A stretch of 62,206 nucleotides of DNA, counting the filler, from Phoronis australis (lineage: Eukaryota; Animalia; Phoronida): NCBI GenBank assembly GCA_002633005.1. It is 9 parts of 9 records of this genome, joined end to end, with 100 filler letters (N's around TTAATTAATTAA, not from the genome) between each part and the next. Parts side by side here need not be neighbours in the genome. Positions count along the whole stretch, not along the records: positions 1 to 14,661 come from NMRA01000080.1; positions 14,762 to 17,630 come from NMRA01003359.1; positions 17,731 to 30,950 come from NMRA01001597.1; 6 more parts are not named here. One strand, 5' to 3'. Below, in pieces: positions 12,634-24,860 of the stretch. Each line of letters starts with the position of its first letter. Position 1 is the stretch's first letter. The position numbers and the translations under genes were made by a program. The notes under the pieces are model-generated. The model was not told the DNA's origin and did no database searches. It saw nothing but the letters and a program-made list of their open reading frames with translations.

Positions 12634-14661
12634 AGGACATCCGTGGTATCAAGTCGCATGCTGTGGGTTCTTTCTTGCTGGCTGCTTGACTGGTTATAAT
12701 ATGACATGTGCTCAGTGTAAGTCACAAAATAATTCATTTAGTTAACATGCGTGTGTCATGTTTTGTAGAATATCTATAATGGGCTGTATCAGTGCATGTG
12801 TCCATTCTCTGTCCTGACTGTTTGCATCATGAATTTTTTTGAAATTCGTCTGGTGGTATTTAAACAAGACCTGCATAGCTCTGTTTCTCGCTTTTTGGCA
12901 AGTTAGCTGTGCCAAACATTCCAATTTTGAATGTGGCCACAACTCTAGATAATCATAGTAATTCAGATTGTATTTTGCTATTTTTATATTTTTTATTTTG
13001 AAAACTGAATTGATACCCAACATAATGGTGTCATAATTTAATATTCCCTTGATGTCCTGTTTCACTGCTGTTCACGATTGTGGATATCATATAACTTTTA
13101 TGACAAGTACGCTTTGTGTTTTTAGCTTTTTAGAACTGTCAAAATTGCAGAAATATTTTGTCACGCGAAAAATCTGAATTGATGCCCATTATTACTTAAT
13201 TACACCTTGTCATATTTCATTGCTGTTTCTTTCATGTTCATTGCTGATTATGTCTGCAACTGAAGACATGTCAGCATAGTGTGGTTTATTTGTTAAGTTT
13301 TTCAAATTTTTAGAATGATGTTAATAAAATTTATTTACATCATTATTCAATTGTACGATGCCAGATAGAAATCTCCTTTCTCCTGGAGGTAGAAAAATGT
13401 GATGTTGTTGTTCTGTCCTCATTTCAAAAATGGCTGGCTGATTCTAGGAATCTTCTCGGAAAGTATCTTTTCTACGTATACTTCTGAAGCTTTCTGTCAT
13501 CAGAGTTGCAGCCTACAGCACAGTAGTAAAACTTCCCTGCCATTAGAAGATCGAATACAGTTAATACAGCAAAAAAACTTGAAAAAGCAAGGCTCCAACA
13601 AATAACATGAGATACTTCAATGGCGCAAAAACGAGGCTAGAGAACTGCTCGATGGATGTTGTAGCATTGTGGGTAAATACCACGAGATTGAAGTGTCCCT
13701 TGTGTAATCCGGGACTGTCCTATTGCATCTTGTCCTATTTTAGTCCCGATTGTACATGTTCATCACTGCCACAATGCATTGCACTGATGCATAATGTGTT
13801 TTATTTCTCATTAGTTTTCTAAGGCTATCCAAAGTGTAGCATTTAGTCGTTTTTTGAAAATACTGAATGTAAATTTATTTGCGCCTTGTCACATTTCAAT
13901 GCATTGTTATGTTCATCACTGTCTATATGTACAAGACATGACACTGATGCATAATGTGTTTTATTTCTTGTTACTATTTTTAAAGGCTGTCCAAATTACA
14001 ACATATAATCGTTGTTGTGAAAAACCTAAATAACTTTAATTCCCTCTTATTTGCATCTTTATTCAGTTATGCTCCGTCCTATTTCAGAGCTTTTTTCATG
14101 TTCATTATTGTCTGTATCAACAAGACGTGTAACTCTTGTTTGTGTTTTAAAGACTGTCGAAATTGCTAGAATCGGATCATTTTGGAATGTTTAATAGTCT
14201 GTTTCGTTAACGTCTTCTTGATGCTGTAACATAGTTTTGAAAGGTTAAACAGTTTTTACAAAACAAGATCTTCATACTAGTACCTTTTACTCATCTGTGG
14301 TGTTGGTTGTTCGGTTCTCACTTATTTTAAACACTTTCATTGTTTCAGATAACTAGGAAACGTAAGGCAATTTGCATGCCACGGAAAGGATCTGCAAAGA
14401 CAAGCCATGCGTTAACATCTCAGTCCTAAATGGAGCTGTGAGTAAACTTTTCACTTGAACTCCAGGGGCCTGTTCCAAGAAACTGATTTAAGTTTAAGAT
14501 TTGTCTTAACTTCCAAATTTTGGAACTTCCACATTCGGTAAGTTAGTCAAAATTAAGACAAAATTTATGTCAAACACTTAAGTCTAACTTAGAATATCTT
14601 TCTTGAACTGGTTTTGAGACAAATTTACTTTTACTTTAAAATTTACTAAACTTTAAGATTT

Positions 14662-14761
14662 NNNNNNNNNNNNNNNNNNNNNNNNNNNNNNNNNNNNNNN
14701 NNNNNTTAATTAATTAANNNNNNNNNNNNNNNNNNNNNNNNNNNNNNNNNNNNNNNNNNNN
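14662..14761. other. Artificial contig spacer N44-TTAATTAATTAA-N44 (also 17631-17730, 30951-31050, 36617-36716, 47734-47833, 52360-52459, 56192-56291, 58904-59003)
   Basis: Eight identical 100-bp spacers carrying a six-frame stop linker. Confidence 0.97.
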
Positions 14762-15081
14762 GCTTTTGGCTTTTCTCCCACCAAGCTTGGTAGCGATATA
14801 CATAAACACCATTTTACTATCAAAAATGACCAGTTGACTGTGATGAACAAGCTGTTGTAATGGGGCACTCTATAGTCACCAGTTAGTGCTTATGAGAACG
14901 GTTTGTTATTTGAATACCATCGTGTAGCTAGGGAACAGAACGTTGCTTATCAAGGTAGGGGCATCATGAGATAAAGGGTCTCGCAAGATGAACTTAGTTG
15001 ACGGTGTTGCTGAAGTCAAGGATTCTGGCGTGTAGCACTATTTTTTGCGAGAGTGGTGGGATTGCGCTAGATCACGCGTAA

Positions 15082-15254
15082 TTAGAAATACCGTAGATGT
15101 TGCGCATACTTACTCTGAAAGACTGATGATACGAGAGAGGTCATGCCCTTGCACGAGAAGTCGATGACTCGTAGTCCCTTCTCGGCAATGTCGGGAGTGT
15201 GAATAGTCAGATGTTTCTTGGGCTTGTCACCAGGAATGAACTTCTTGTTGTCTG
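15082..15254 (-). CDS. Putative terminal coding exon of an unidentified gene (DNKKFIPGDKPKKHLTIHTPDIAEKGLRVIDFSCKGMTSLVSSVFQSKYAQHLRYF*)
   Basis: Strong polypyrimidine acceptor (tcctttctcatctgtcttcag), coding-like composition, open to TAA at 15082-15084. No family recognised. Confidence 0.45.
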
Positions 15255-15541
15255 CTGAAGACAGATGAGAAAGGACATCATAATGTGTTGTGCAAACATT
15301 GACAACGGCGTGGTGGAACTCTTCATTAACTTTTGTTGACTACGAATTCATTAGATTAGTTTATTTCATTTTATAATGTGGGTAATCTGTTGGTGACCAC
15401 TTGAGAAAACGACAATTACTGCATTTATGGTAGGTTATGTAGGACACTAGAAGAATTCCGAATCTGTCTAACTTTGGAACTTCGTATCTTAGAAATAGCT
15501 TGTCATCATCATAATGCAACTTTAAGATACTCAGTAAAAGG

Positions 15542-16261
15542 AGAAAGCCTATAAAATTTGATTCTTGACTTTTAACCAGTCTGCCATAAATTTCTGCCAT
15601 AAATTTCTGCCATAAATTGGATCATGGGATCATGTTTTTTAGTAAAAATTAGCAAAAAAAGGTCCAGCCATAGCCAAACAACAGTATCAATAACATGACC
15701 TAATTTTATTTGGTATAAACGTACAAGATAAAATCTCAAAAAATTAGTTGCGGTTTTCTAAATTATCATTTCGTTTCTGTCTGATGCCTTTTTGAGTATT
15801 AAAATTCCTTTTTTGATAGCCCACATGCAAAACTGGAAAGTTTTAAAAACAATCCCTAAAAAATAATCCGTTTTGTGGAACAGTGCATATATGGTGTCTG
15901 AAAGTTTCAGATATATATGATGTTCCAAAGTTTGTCAAATTTGGCCATTTTTCTACGGTCTTACACTCTTAAAATGTTCCCCTTTTGCTTGAGGGACGAT
16001 CGAAAGTATGACTTTTATGAAAAAAAATCTGACTAGTTGCATAAAGTGAAAAGGAAATATTTTTGAAAACTGTAACAGTGATTTTGAGCTCTCATCTTGA
16101 AGAACATTTATATCAAATAAAATTTGATCATGTTATCGATCCCGTTGTTTTGCTGTTAGTGTATGTACCTTTCTTGCTAAATTTAACTGTAGCAACAAGG
16201 TCACCTGACCCATTAATGGCAGATTGGTAAAAAGTCAAAAATCTAATTGTGTAGGCTTTCT
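15542..16261. mobile_element. Degenerate foldback/MITE with long imperfect inverted repeats
   Basis: AGAAAGCCTATAAAATTTGATTCTTGACTTTTAACCAGTCTGCCAT (15542) is inverted at 16216-16261. An inner pair sits at ~15693-15720 and ~16107-16132. Confidence 0.6.
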
Positions 16262-19200
16262 ACTTTCAGACCCCGACAAAATCTACAGTTTTATAAATAT
16301 TTGTCTACATACACAGTCTAGTCAATGAGGGGATAAATAACTCGAAACCTGGATATTCTTTAAGTTTGTACATATTGATATTCAGAGTGTTTATTTTGCC
16401 ATAGGCTTATGGTAATTCTTGAATAATTTAGCACACAATATGGCTGATAAGCGAAATTTTATTTCATCAAATTTCTTCACAAAAATTAAAGATTAAGGAA
16501 AGTCAAGGCTATTACTTCAGTGGTCTGTACTGTGTAGATGCCGTCAAGAAGCATGCAGTAATTAAAATTTCCACTATTTGTAGCAAAGTTATTGGCCTTT
16601 TAAAAATCGTAAGAATACCATTTTGGCAATTATTTACCATACTAGTCTCGGGGCAAATGGTCAGATTGTCAAATAATATTGAATGGTGATAGCTGTGCAA
16701 CAAACTGGAAGGAATTGGAACAACTTTCAGCTTTTCCACATTATTGTGTGCTGAATTAAATATTCTGTACCACAAGGTTTCTAACTAAGTGTATGTTTTG
16801 TTTACTCTTTAAGGCCAGGGTCATGGTTCATACAACTCACCAAGGCAGACATTTGAACTTTATAGGCTAATAATGGTGAAAATTCTGGAACAAAGTGGCA
16901 ACTCAGCTATGAAAAGAAAAATTTAGAAATAAACCAAGTCTTTTGTCATATATCCATTGAACAAATGCTACACCCATGGCAGTTTATGTTTGCCTTGCAT
17001 TGAGTTGGTCCACTGAATTACTTAACCATGCTATTTGCTAACTGCACAGAGGCAAGTGGTGTGGTATGATAAGCCCTGTAAATGTTGGGAATAGTAGTGT
17101 CCTGTGACTACAGACCCTTGAGGTCACCTAATCAATGCACATAGCTGAAAAATGGAGAAAGGAGAAGTCCATCTTATAATTTCGTATCGTGATTTTGTTG
17201 CTCTAATGCATTGCCTTGGCTTTGGGTGATGTTGTTTAGGTAAAAACAGCACAGGTGGTTCTGATCTTTTTTTGAAAATCTAGTTGTGGTGCTGTACATT
17301 TAGTTACGAATAAAGAAAATCTACACGCAACGAATAAAAATGACACAGGACTTGTTTGTTTCACTTGTTGCTGAAGCATTTCCAACCTTGCTTACCCTTG
17401 CTTTTTTTCAAACAAAAAAACCAAATCTTGACTGAATTGATGCGGGGTAGGGGGCATTTTTTCAGTCAATGAGCGCTGCCATGAAAATGATTTGGGATAC
17501 AAACCAGAACTTGTTGTGCTTTTTGGCCTTAACATAACATTAAAATGTGTTTGCACTAGGTTATATTTAACATTGCATAGTTGCAGCGTGAGTTACAATG
17601 TTTTCTGTTCCTATCCTTTGATTTCAAAATNNNNNNNNNNNNNNNNNNNNNNNNNNNNNNNNNNNNNNNNNNNNTTAATTAATTAANNNNNNNNNNNNNN
17701 NNNNNNNNNNNNNNNNNNNNNNNNNNNNNNCAGGGCCTCCACTGGGGGCGCCAGTATGCTTGTGACGTCAGTGGACAAAAGGGGAATTGGCCAACATTCA
17801 CCATTCGGCTGCGCTGCGCCACAGCAACCGACCATGATTAGCAGACGACGTACTTGCCGGAAATTGCACCAGAAAATTTAGCCCGGTGTCGCCAGTGAAT
17901 AATGACGTAAGGGCTTGTGCGTAAGCTCACAGATTTCGTCCATTGAAAGTATGCAGAGTTGGCGGTCCATGCACTATAGTTTATGGTTCTCACGAAGCAC
18001 GTGCTACAGTATTTTCCAGCACACGCAACTTACATCTCTGTCCCGTCAGACATGACACGAAACGTGGTTGATGAAAAATGAACTCCAATTTAGAAAAAAT
18101 GCGTTATAAAAATAAAAAAGTCCACTGTGACCGTGCAAAACGTTTGTTTGTCGTTAAAACACAGACAGCGTCACAACAAAAACACCCTTTCATGAGTGAC
18201 ATTCTATAAACTTCAGGCTCAGTTAAGACCTAGGACTATAATACTACTCCCAGGTTAAGACCGAAGAAGAAAATTTGGAGAAGGCCATTTCACGAACACC
18301 ATGACAGTTTCGGTCTCAGGCTCTGGCGTAGGCTCAATCAGGGGTTGGACACAATGGCGCCCTGGCAAGAAGCCCCCTCGGGTCGAAATCCAAGGTCGAA
18401 ACCCATACCAAGTTTGCGCTTGCTACTGATGTGCCCCCGAGTCGACTTATCCCAACGTCGCCTATAATTTCGCATTTGCTCCTGAATACCAACGTCACAA
18501 AATTTGGCTTGTCTACTCTGCCTAGTTCTCTCAGTGTCCTCGCTGGTTCCTTGCGTGCCGCTAGGTACTTACTGTACGCAGGGAACCAGGGAGTGTCAGT
18601 ATCACACCAATGTGCATGCGCTTCGCAACTCACAACTGTGAAAACATTATCCATAAGGCTTTGATTCTGTCAAATTCATTATCAATGTCATACAACGCAG
18701 CCTCTCATTGGCTTATTGCACAAAATATGATAAAAAAACTGGTTAATTCATGTTGGGCCTGCTTGTATGAAACAGTGCCAAATAGGGTCCCAACAACGGC
18801 GATTCGGGAAGCCGGCAGTGGGTACTACCGCTGCCTATCTGGTAGATGTAACGTAAAGTTATTGAAATTTCGTTAAAATACACCCACGTGATAAAGCACC
18901 ACCTGATATAATGCAAACTCATGTACCTGCGACAAATGACAGAAATATAACGTATGACGTATATTGAAACATGGGTATCGATTTGGCCGAGGCATGACCA
19001 CAGGGTGTATTCACACGACCACACATTTTGGCATTTTCATCGTGTTTCTTTGCCTGGCGCTAGATTTCTTTCACCCGTAGGAATACACGTCGTGAAACGT
19101 TCGTCGCATAAGTATCTAGGTGCAAGTAAAACAGCAGAGCAGAATTGGTCGATAATATTTAATTTCTCAAGTTTCGAATTAGCAGATAAAGATAAGAACA

Positions 19201-19634
19201 AGGTAAACACACTTTTAATACTCATCGAACTGTTTTTTGACAACTAAGGAACTGGAATTACAACGAATTCAGCTGTAAACAAGTCAACGCTCACATAAAC
19301 CATCTTGACTCAGTCGAAAGGCGGAGAGTGAGCAGACGATATTGATGGAATTGCAGAAAATGATGTTTGCATCTATAATTTCTGGTTATCTCTTCCTACT
19401 ATCATGAAATTAGCACTATATTTTACAATCGCAGCCTAAAGCAGTGTTCATGCTGTGACGTATTCTTGGTTATTACCTTTATTTGGACTTTCTTTCTTTT
19501 AAAGGTGTATTTCTTCTTGTTAAGATAAAAATTATAATCGAATTAGGCTTTTGACGCCCACGAAATCAGTCTCATAGTATTACTTACCGTGATTAGATTC
19601 TCCTTCTGTTAACAACAGGAAACTCACGACGATG

Positions 19635-19833
19635 CTGTGAAGCTTAATTTGGAGTTGTCTCCCTCAAAGACTGACGGCAAAATCCAATGGGAAGCTTCCA
19701 CGTGACTCGACGTTCGAAAGAGAGCGTCTGCTCCCTTGACATTGTGGTATTCAGACTGACAAGTCCTCAGTTTGCTCTGTCGTAACCTTTGGTGAGTATT
19801 TGGCGTGCCCTTACCTTGAACATCCATGTACTA
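19635..19833. repeat. ~190-bp direct repeat, copy 1 (copy 2 at ~21511-21694)
   Basis: The two segments align closely by eye (…CAATGGGAAGCTTCCACG…TGGTATTCAGACTGACAAGTC…GGCGTGCCCTTACCTTGAA). Confidence 0.85.
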
Positions 19834-20850
19834 CATTTTGGTGGCAACGGTGGGATCTCCATTGTCACTGAACAATGCCTCAGAGATGTCGGTGCGTATC
19901 GACGCCTGTCGTGACAACACGCTTGATGCACTGATCTCACTCAGCCTCTCCATAACGTTCTCATGTTTCTGTTTCACTTGTCCGATCACCATTTCCAGTT
20001 CTCCGATGGCGGCAATTTGTCCGCCAAAAGTGACGCGTACGTGACCAGATTGTCCTTCTGCAGCGCCCGCAGTCTGCACTTCTGCACTTCTCTGTCCGCC
20101 TTTTCGTTAATAAGCGCACACTCTAACTCTTTAATCTGACATTGGGCGTCCTCAAACTCCCTCACGTTCCTTTGCATCGCCTGCTTCTGTCGGGTCAGAT
20201 ACGCCAGCTGGCCCAGACAAACAGCCTCCAGCGACAGCTTCTCGGCCTAGTTCATCAACTTTGCCTGAACATCAGACACACACTTCTCCGGAGACAAGTA
20301 CAACAATTTCAGACAATCGTTCACTTGTATCAGTTTCTTTTCGATGTCCTTCATGGCATCCGTTTTCTCGGCCATCCGCATGCTACTCACACCACTCAGT
20401 ATACTGGCCATCATCGTGCGACACTGTGCTATCAATGCCCGCGAGCGCTGTGGCGACTCCTTACCATGCCCACCATAATTTGTTGCACTGTCTGACATCA
20501 AGCTGCTCATGTCTTCGTTCAGCGTTGTCAATTTGCCTTCTATCAAATCTGACTGCTGCCTGAGGGCATTATAGGCTAACTCGATCTCCCTATACTCCAA
20601 CTGCGACTTCTGCAGTCTCGCCTGTAACAGTTTGACTGCCTGGAAACACTTGTATTTACCCTTCAGAGCACTTTCGGAACCCGACTCTTCCTCGCTTTCT
20701 CCCTCCTCGGATTCGTTGTCCTCGTCGCAGAGCCTCTGGTTCACGTACGGCTCACTATGGCTGCGAGACAGTCCCAATAGCTGTAGGTCCCTCTTAAGGT
20801 TGTTTGCACGCTCTTGCTCGTAAAGTACAATTTCTATGGGCTGGAACAGC
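19834..20850 (-). pseudogene. Disabled fragment of a long coiled-coil exon resembling outspread/MPRIP-like proteins
   Basis: About 330 codons of coiled-coil reading with an in-frame TAG at 20247-20249 (LMN*AEKLSLEAVCLGQLAYL) and a frameshift near 20010 (YASLLADKL / AAIGELEMVI). GC content is higher than the flanks. The family call is from motif memory. Confidence 0.5.
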
Positions 20851-21510
20851 GTTGAAGCAATATCGGTAGTATCTCCATGAGAACGTCACCGGAGCATACG
20901 GAAGTCATCGCGCAGATCCCTTCGGACAGGCTCCTGATTGAGACAGACGCAACGCGCTTCCGGGGATAAACCCCACATGTCCAAAAAATACACATACATG
21001 TATGTTGGAATTGCGGAAAACAACTATAATCCGGGAGGAGAATTTTTCGGGCTTAGCGGGTTTTAATAAATGGGGGTTGAGGGAAAATGGAATTTTGTTT
21101 TTGTTGTAATCATAGNCGGGCTTAGCGGGGTTTAATAATTGGGGGTTGAGGGAAAATGGAATTTTGTTTTTGTTGTAATCATAGAATTTCCAAGTTTTTT
21201 GAAATATAAGTTATATAGTTTCACTATGTATGTGTTGTTTTATTTTGTGGCTCGGCAATTAACGTATACGATCGGGTATACGTTAAGGTAAGCGGGTATG
21301 AACACATATTTTCCGGGTATGGTTCATCATTGTTTTGTTTTTTTGCGGTTGTGGACTTATGTCCAGATAGTGCTCCACATTGTTTCCACGGGGTTTTTAT
21401 AATCTCACTTCCGGGTGAGGATTGTATTCCCGTGGGGGTGGGATGAAATTCAGAACCCTGGACGCCGAAGAACGCCTCTCCAAAAGATGTGGTGGGGAGG
21501 AATGTTGAGA

Positions 21511-21694
21511 AGCTGTGGAGTTATCTCCCTCAAAAACTGACGACAACATCCAATGGGAAGCTTCCACGCGACTCGGCGTTCGAAAGAGAGCGTCTGATCC
21601 CTTGACTTTGTGGTATTCAGACTGACAAGTCGTCAATTTGCACTGTCGTAATCTTTGGCGAGTATTTGGCGTGCCCTTACCTTGAATATACTAC
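21511..21694. repeat. ~190-bp direct repeat, copy 2
   Basis: Aligns to 19635-19833. Confidence 0.85.
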
Positions 21695-23455
21695 AACGAG
21701 TCAAAAATTTGCTATCGACATTATTGAGGTTGTCGAACCCTGAAATTGTGAATTTTACATGGCACATGCTGCACACATTTCCTGTGACTTGAGTTGGTAA
21801 TTTAAAAATGAATCATGCTATAGTCAGGATTACTGCAAGACCAATTTGATGAGCCGAAACATCCAATTCAAATTCCGTCTTTTGACCCGCTAAACATGCC
21901 AAAATTGAACTTAAAAATCGTAATTTAAAAAATGGCTATGACAATGTTCTAAAATAAACTGATTGCTTTTCAAAAAGAAGTATTAACGGTATGAACAAGC
22001 AATTGGGAAAGCAAATCTATTCAGACAGCCTGGCTAACATTAAACCTGCCTCTTGGTTCATGTCCTAAAATTCATTGTGTAGATAACATTCTACTTTCAA
22101 TTTGCCTTCTTATGAACGGCAGCATGTCATGATTGTTCTCCAGTGTCACCAATCATATTATAAAGTTCTTGACAGAACACGTTCGCCTACAAACGATAAC
22201 ATGATGTATTTTGTAATTTTACTTGTATGTTGTACCGTTTTCCCCAAACGCACGACTTTAAACTATAATAGGATATGAAAAATACAACAGTTTTCTAACG
22301 TATAAAAACTTTCTTCACTTGAAATATACTGCGGAAGGTTTTACTGCAGCTGGCAATGTTTTTGTAAAATACGTCGCAATAGTCATTGCACAATAAGGAA
22401 TGACGTAACAAATGACAGAACAAGATTGCTATTTTGGTTACTGAAGGTGTGGGGCCTCACACAAATAGTTGGTATGATTACAAACAAAAAAGATATCGGG
22501 AAGAGGACGAATGAGAGACTCAAACTGTATACAGCACGGGAGCGAGCGAAAAAAGAATTGAAGAATTACGAGCAATTCGTTCTAAGAGGGCACATTGCTC
22601 CAGTGGTTTTCGACAGCCCGGGGGGAAGACGAGTATGAGTCGGGAGACGACCGTTACCAGATGGTATCCACATGAGACAAATTAACTCCGTCTGCATATT
22701 CTGAGGATGCCGAAAACCGGTCAAAACAAAACAAAAATTCAAGTAAAAACCGTGCACATTGCTTGAGTTCAAGTCGAGAGCTGCACGAGGATGAAATGGT
22801 GGCCAAGAGTGACAACTTGCCATTCCCTGGTTGGCCTAGTCACAACAAAATTAGAGACAAAATAGAGTCATGCATAACAGCAATACAAATTGCTCGAGTG
22901 GTCGTCAAGAGCCACAAAGAAATACCAACCCGGACGAAATAAAGTTGAGAGGGGGTTTTTACGAGGTGAAGACTAAAAGTAACGACTCACCTCCTCTTGG
23001 TTGCTTTCGTGATGCCGAAAAAGGGATATTACAAAACAGGGCAACATGTATGAGTAACAACCGAGAACAGCATGGAGACATTATTCTGTTGAGAGGCAAC
23101 GGTCACGAGGTCAAGACTAACGAGTCACTTGTACCTGGATGTTCTGCTACTGCTGGCAAAAAAACGACCAAAATAAAATCGACCTTTCCGGAAGAACCCT
23201 GTACATTGTTAGAATGTTAAAGAGCCACGTAGAGTCACCACACCGCGGACTGTGGATTGTTTGGGATGTCATGAATACGAGGGCGTAGCCAAGGATGACG
23301 AGTTATCACCGCCTGCATGCTCTGGAGATTCCAAAGGATGTGAAGGTGATAGCATTCCGAACTCCACGAAGAACCTCGGCTCGATTACAGGCGGTACTCT
23401 ACACATGTTCCCGGAAGAAGTTACAGAAACTCGATTCGTGCCAGTACCTGGCCTG

Positions 23456-23597
23456 CGTTCAGTAGACGCTAGGACCTACGCTACGACCTAGCTAAAACCT
23501 AGTCAAAGTCACGTGTTCTCGTTTGAAATGCACGGCAGTATCTCACTTAATCTCGCGAAGTCTTGCTTTTTAGCGAGGTCCTAGTGTTACTGAACGG
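23456..23597. mobile_element. Short MITE (TIR CGTTCAGTA..CGCTAGGACCT); an interrupted inverted copy lies at 57759-58645
   Basis: Inverted termini. The internal sequence matches the reverse complement of 58556-58630. Confidence 0.65.
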
Positions 23598-23614
23598 GAG
23601 GTTGGTCTACTAAA

Positions 23615-23846
23615 GTGATTTATATTTATTGAAGAATATGTACACAGAACATACAAAGAAATAATGACAAACCCAGAAATCGCGAAGTATTATATCTGGG
23701 TTGTAGACAATTCATAAATGAAACTAATATACATAGAAGTATATGAATTTAAGTAGTATCTAATATAAGTATTCCAATATTTAGATATGCTATTACGAAC
23801 ATATAAAAACAAAAACATGTACAGATTTATGTATGGAAATCAGAAG

Positions 23847-23901
<55 letters not shown>

Positions 23902-23902
23902 G

Positions 23903-23934
<32 letters not shown>

Positions 23935-24860
23935 CGGTACGTTGCTTAGGAATAATAAATTGAGAACAAGTTCAAGTTTAGGACTACCATTCAATAATAA
24001 TGTAACTTTAGTAGGGATAATATTACAAGAATTGAGAGCTTTAACAATTGATTGGTTTTCATTGAGTGCACGAAAGAGTGAGTCTCTCAGGTATTCGATG
24101 GGGGGACATTTGAAGAAAACATGAGGATAAGTATGATGGTCACCATATTTACAGTTTGGAGAGACGTTACTAAAGTTATGCTAAACTTGTCGGAGTTGAA
24201 GATAAGACCGCATCTGGATCTGTACAATGCGTTTTCGTTATCGCAGGGAAAGGAGAACTGAGTCAAGGGTGTTGAGTTATCAAAATTATGAAAAACAGTT
24301 CTAAAATTATTTTTCATACTCGTAAAAGAGTTGCTTTCCTTAACAGAGATTGGAAGAGAATTCCAGTTGTTGATGCACATCATAACTGTAGACCTTCTGA
24401 ATGCCTGACTGAACGACGGAGGGATTGAGTATGAGATAGAGGATCTCAAATCACTACGATGGCCTTGTCCAGTGTATAGATCAAATATTTTTTGACAGAG
24501 GAGTTGCTGACACTGTTTATATTACTTTGAAAGTAAATGTGGTCATGTGAAGATTGCGTCGAGTAGACAGCTTGGGTCACTTGAGACTATTCAATACTTT
24601 AACACTATTGGATCCCCTGTAAGCTCCGGTTATGAGTAAGGCAGCTTGATACTGTAATTTCTCCGAATGCTGGATTGCACCAGTATTGGCAGACTGACAT
24701 ATTATATCACAATAATAGATGTGTGGAAGTATAAAGGATTTGAACAGAACTTCTAAATGTGTAAAATTCAGATGACGAGATACAAGCTTATGTGGGTTAA
24801 TTAGTTCCTGAGTTTTTTTGTACGAGGTCCCGAACGTGAGGTGTGAATGAGAGTTTTTCA
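23615..24860 (-). mobile_element. 5'-truncated degenerate LINE (CR1/L2-group ORF2 C-terminus plus 3' UTR)
   Basis: LFKSFILPHIYYCDII...EKLQYQAALLITGAYRGS...RRNLH...NNWNSLPISVKESNSFTSMK is typical of the post-RT region. AATAAA lies at the 3' end near 23625. Confidence 0.8.
23852..23934. repeat. (AT)n/(ATGT)n microsatellite
   Basis: Directly visible. Confidence 0.95.

Noticed and set aside
21048-21185. ~70-bp tandem duplication
   Set aside because: The copies flank a single N and look like a contig overlap artefact.
22380-23455. Cluster of + strand ORFs as a gene
   Set aside because: The frames are broken, with no recognisable domain or consistent splice structure.
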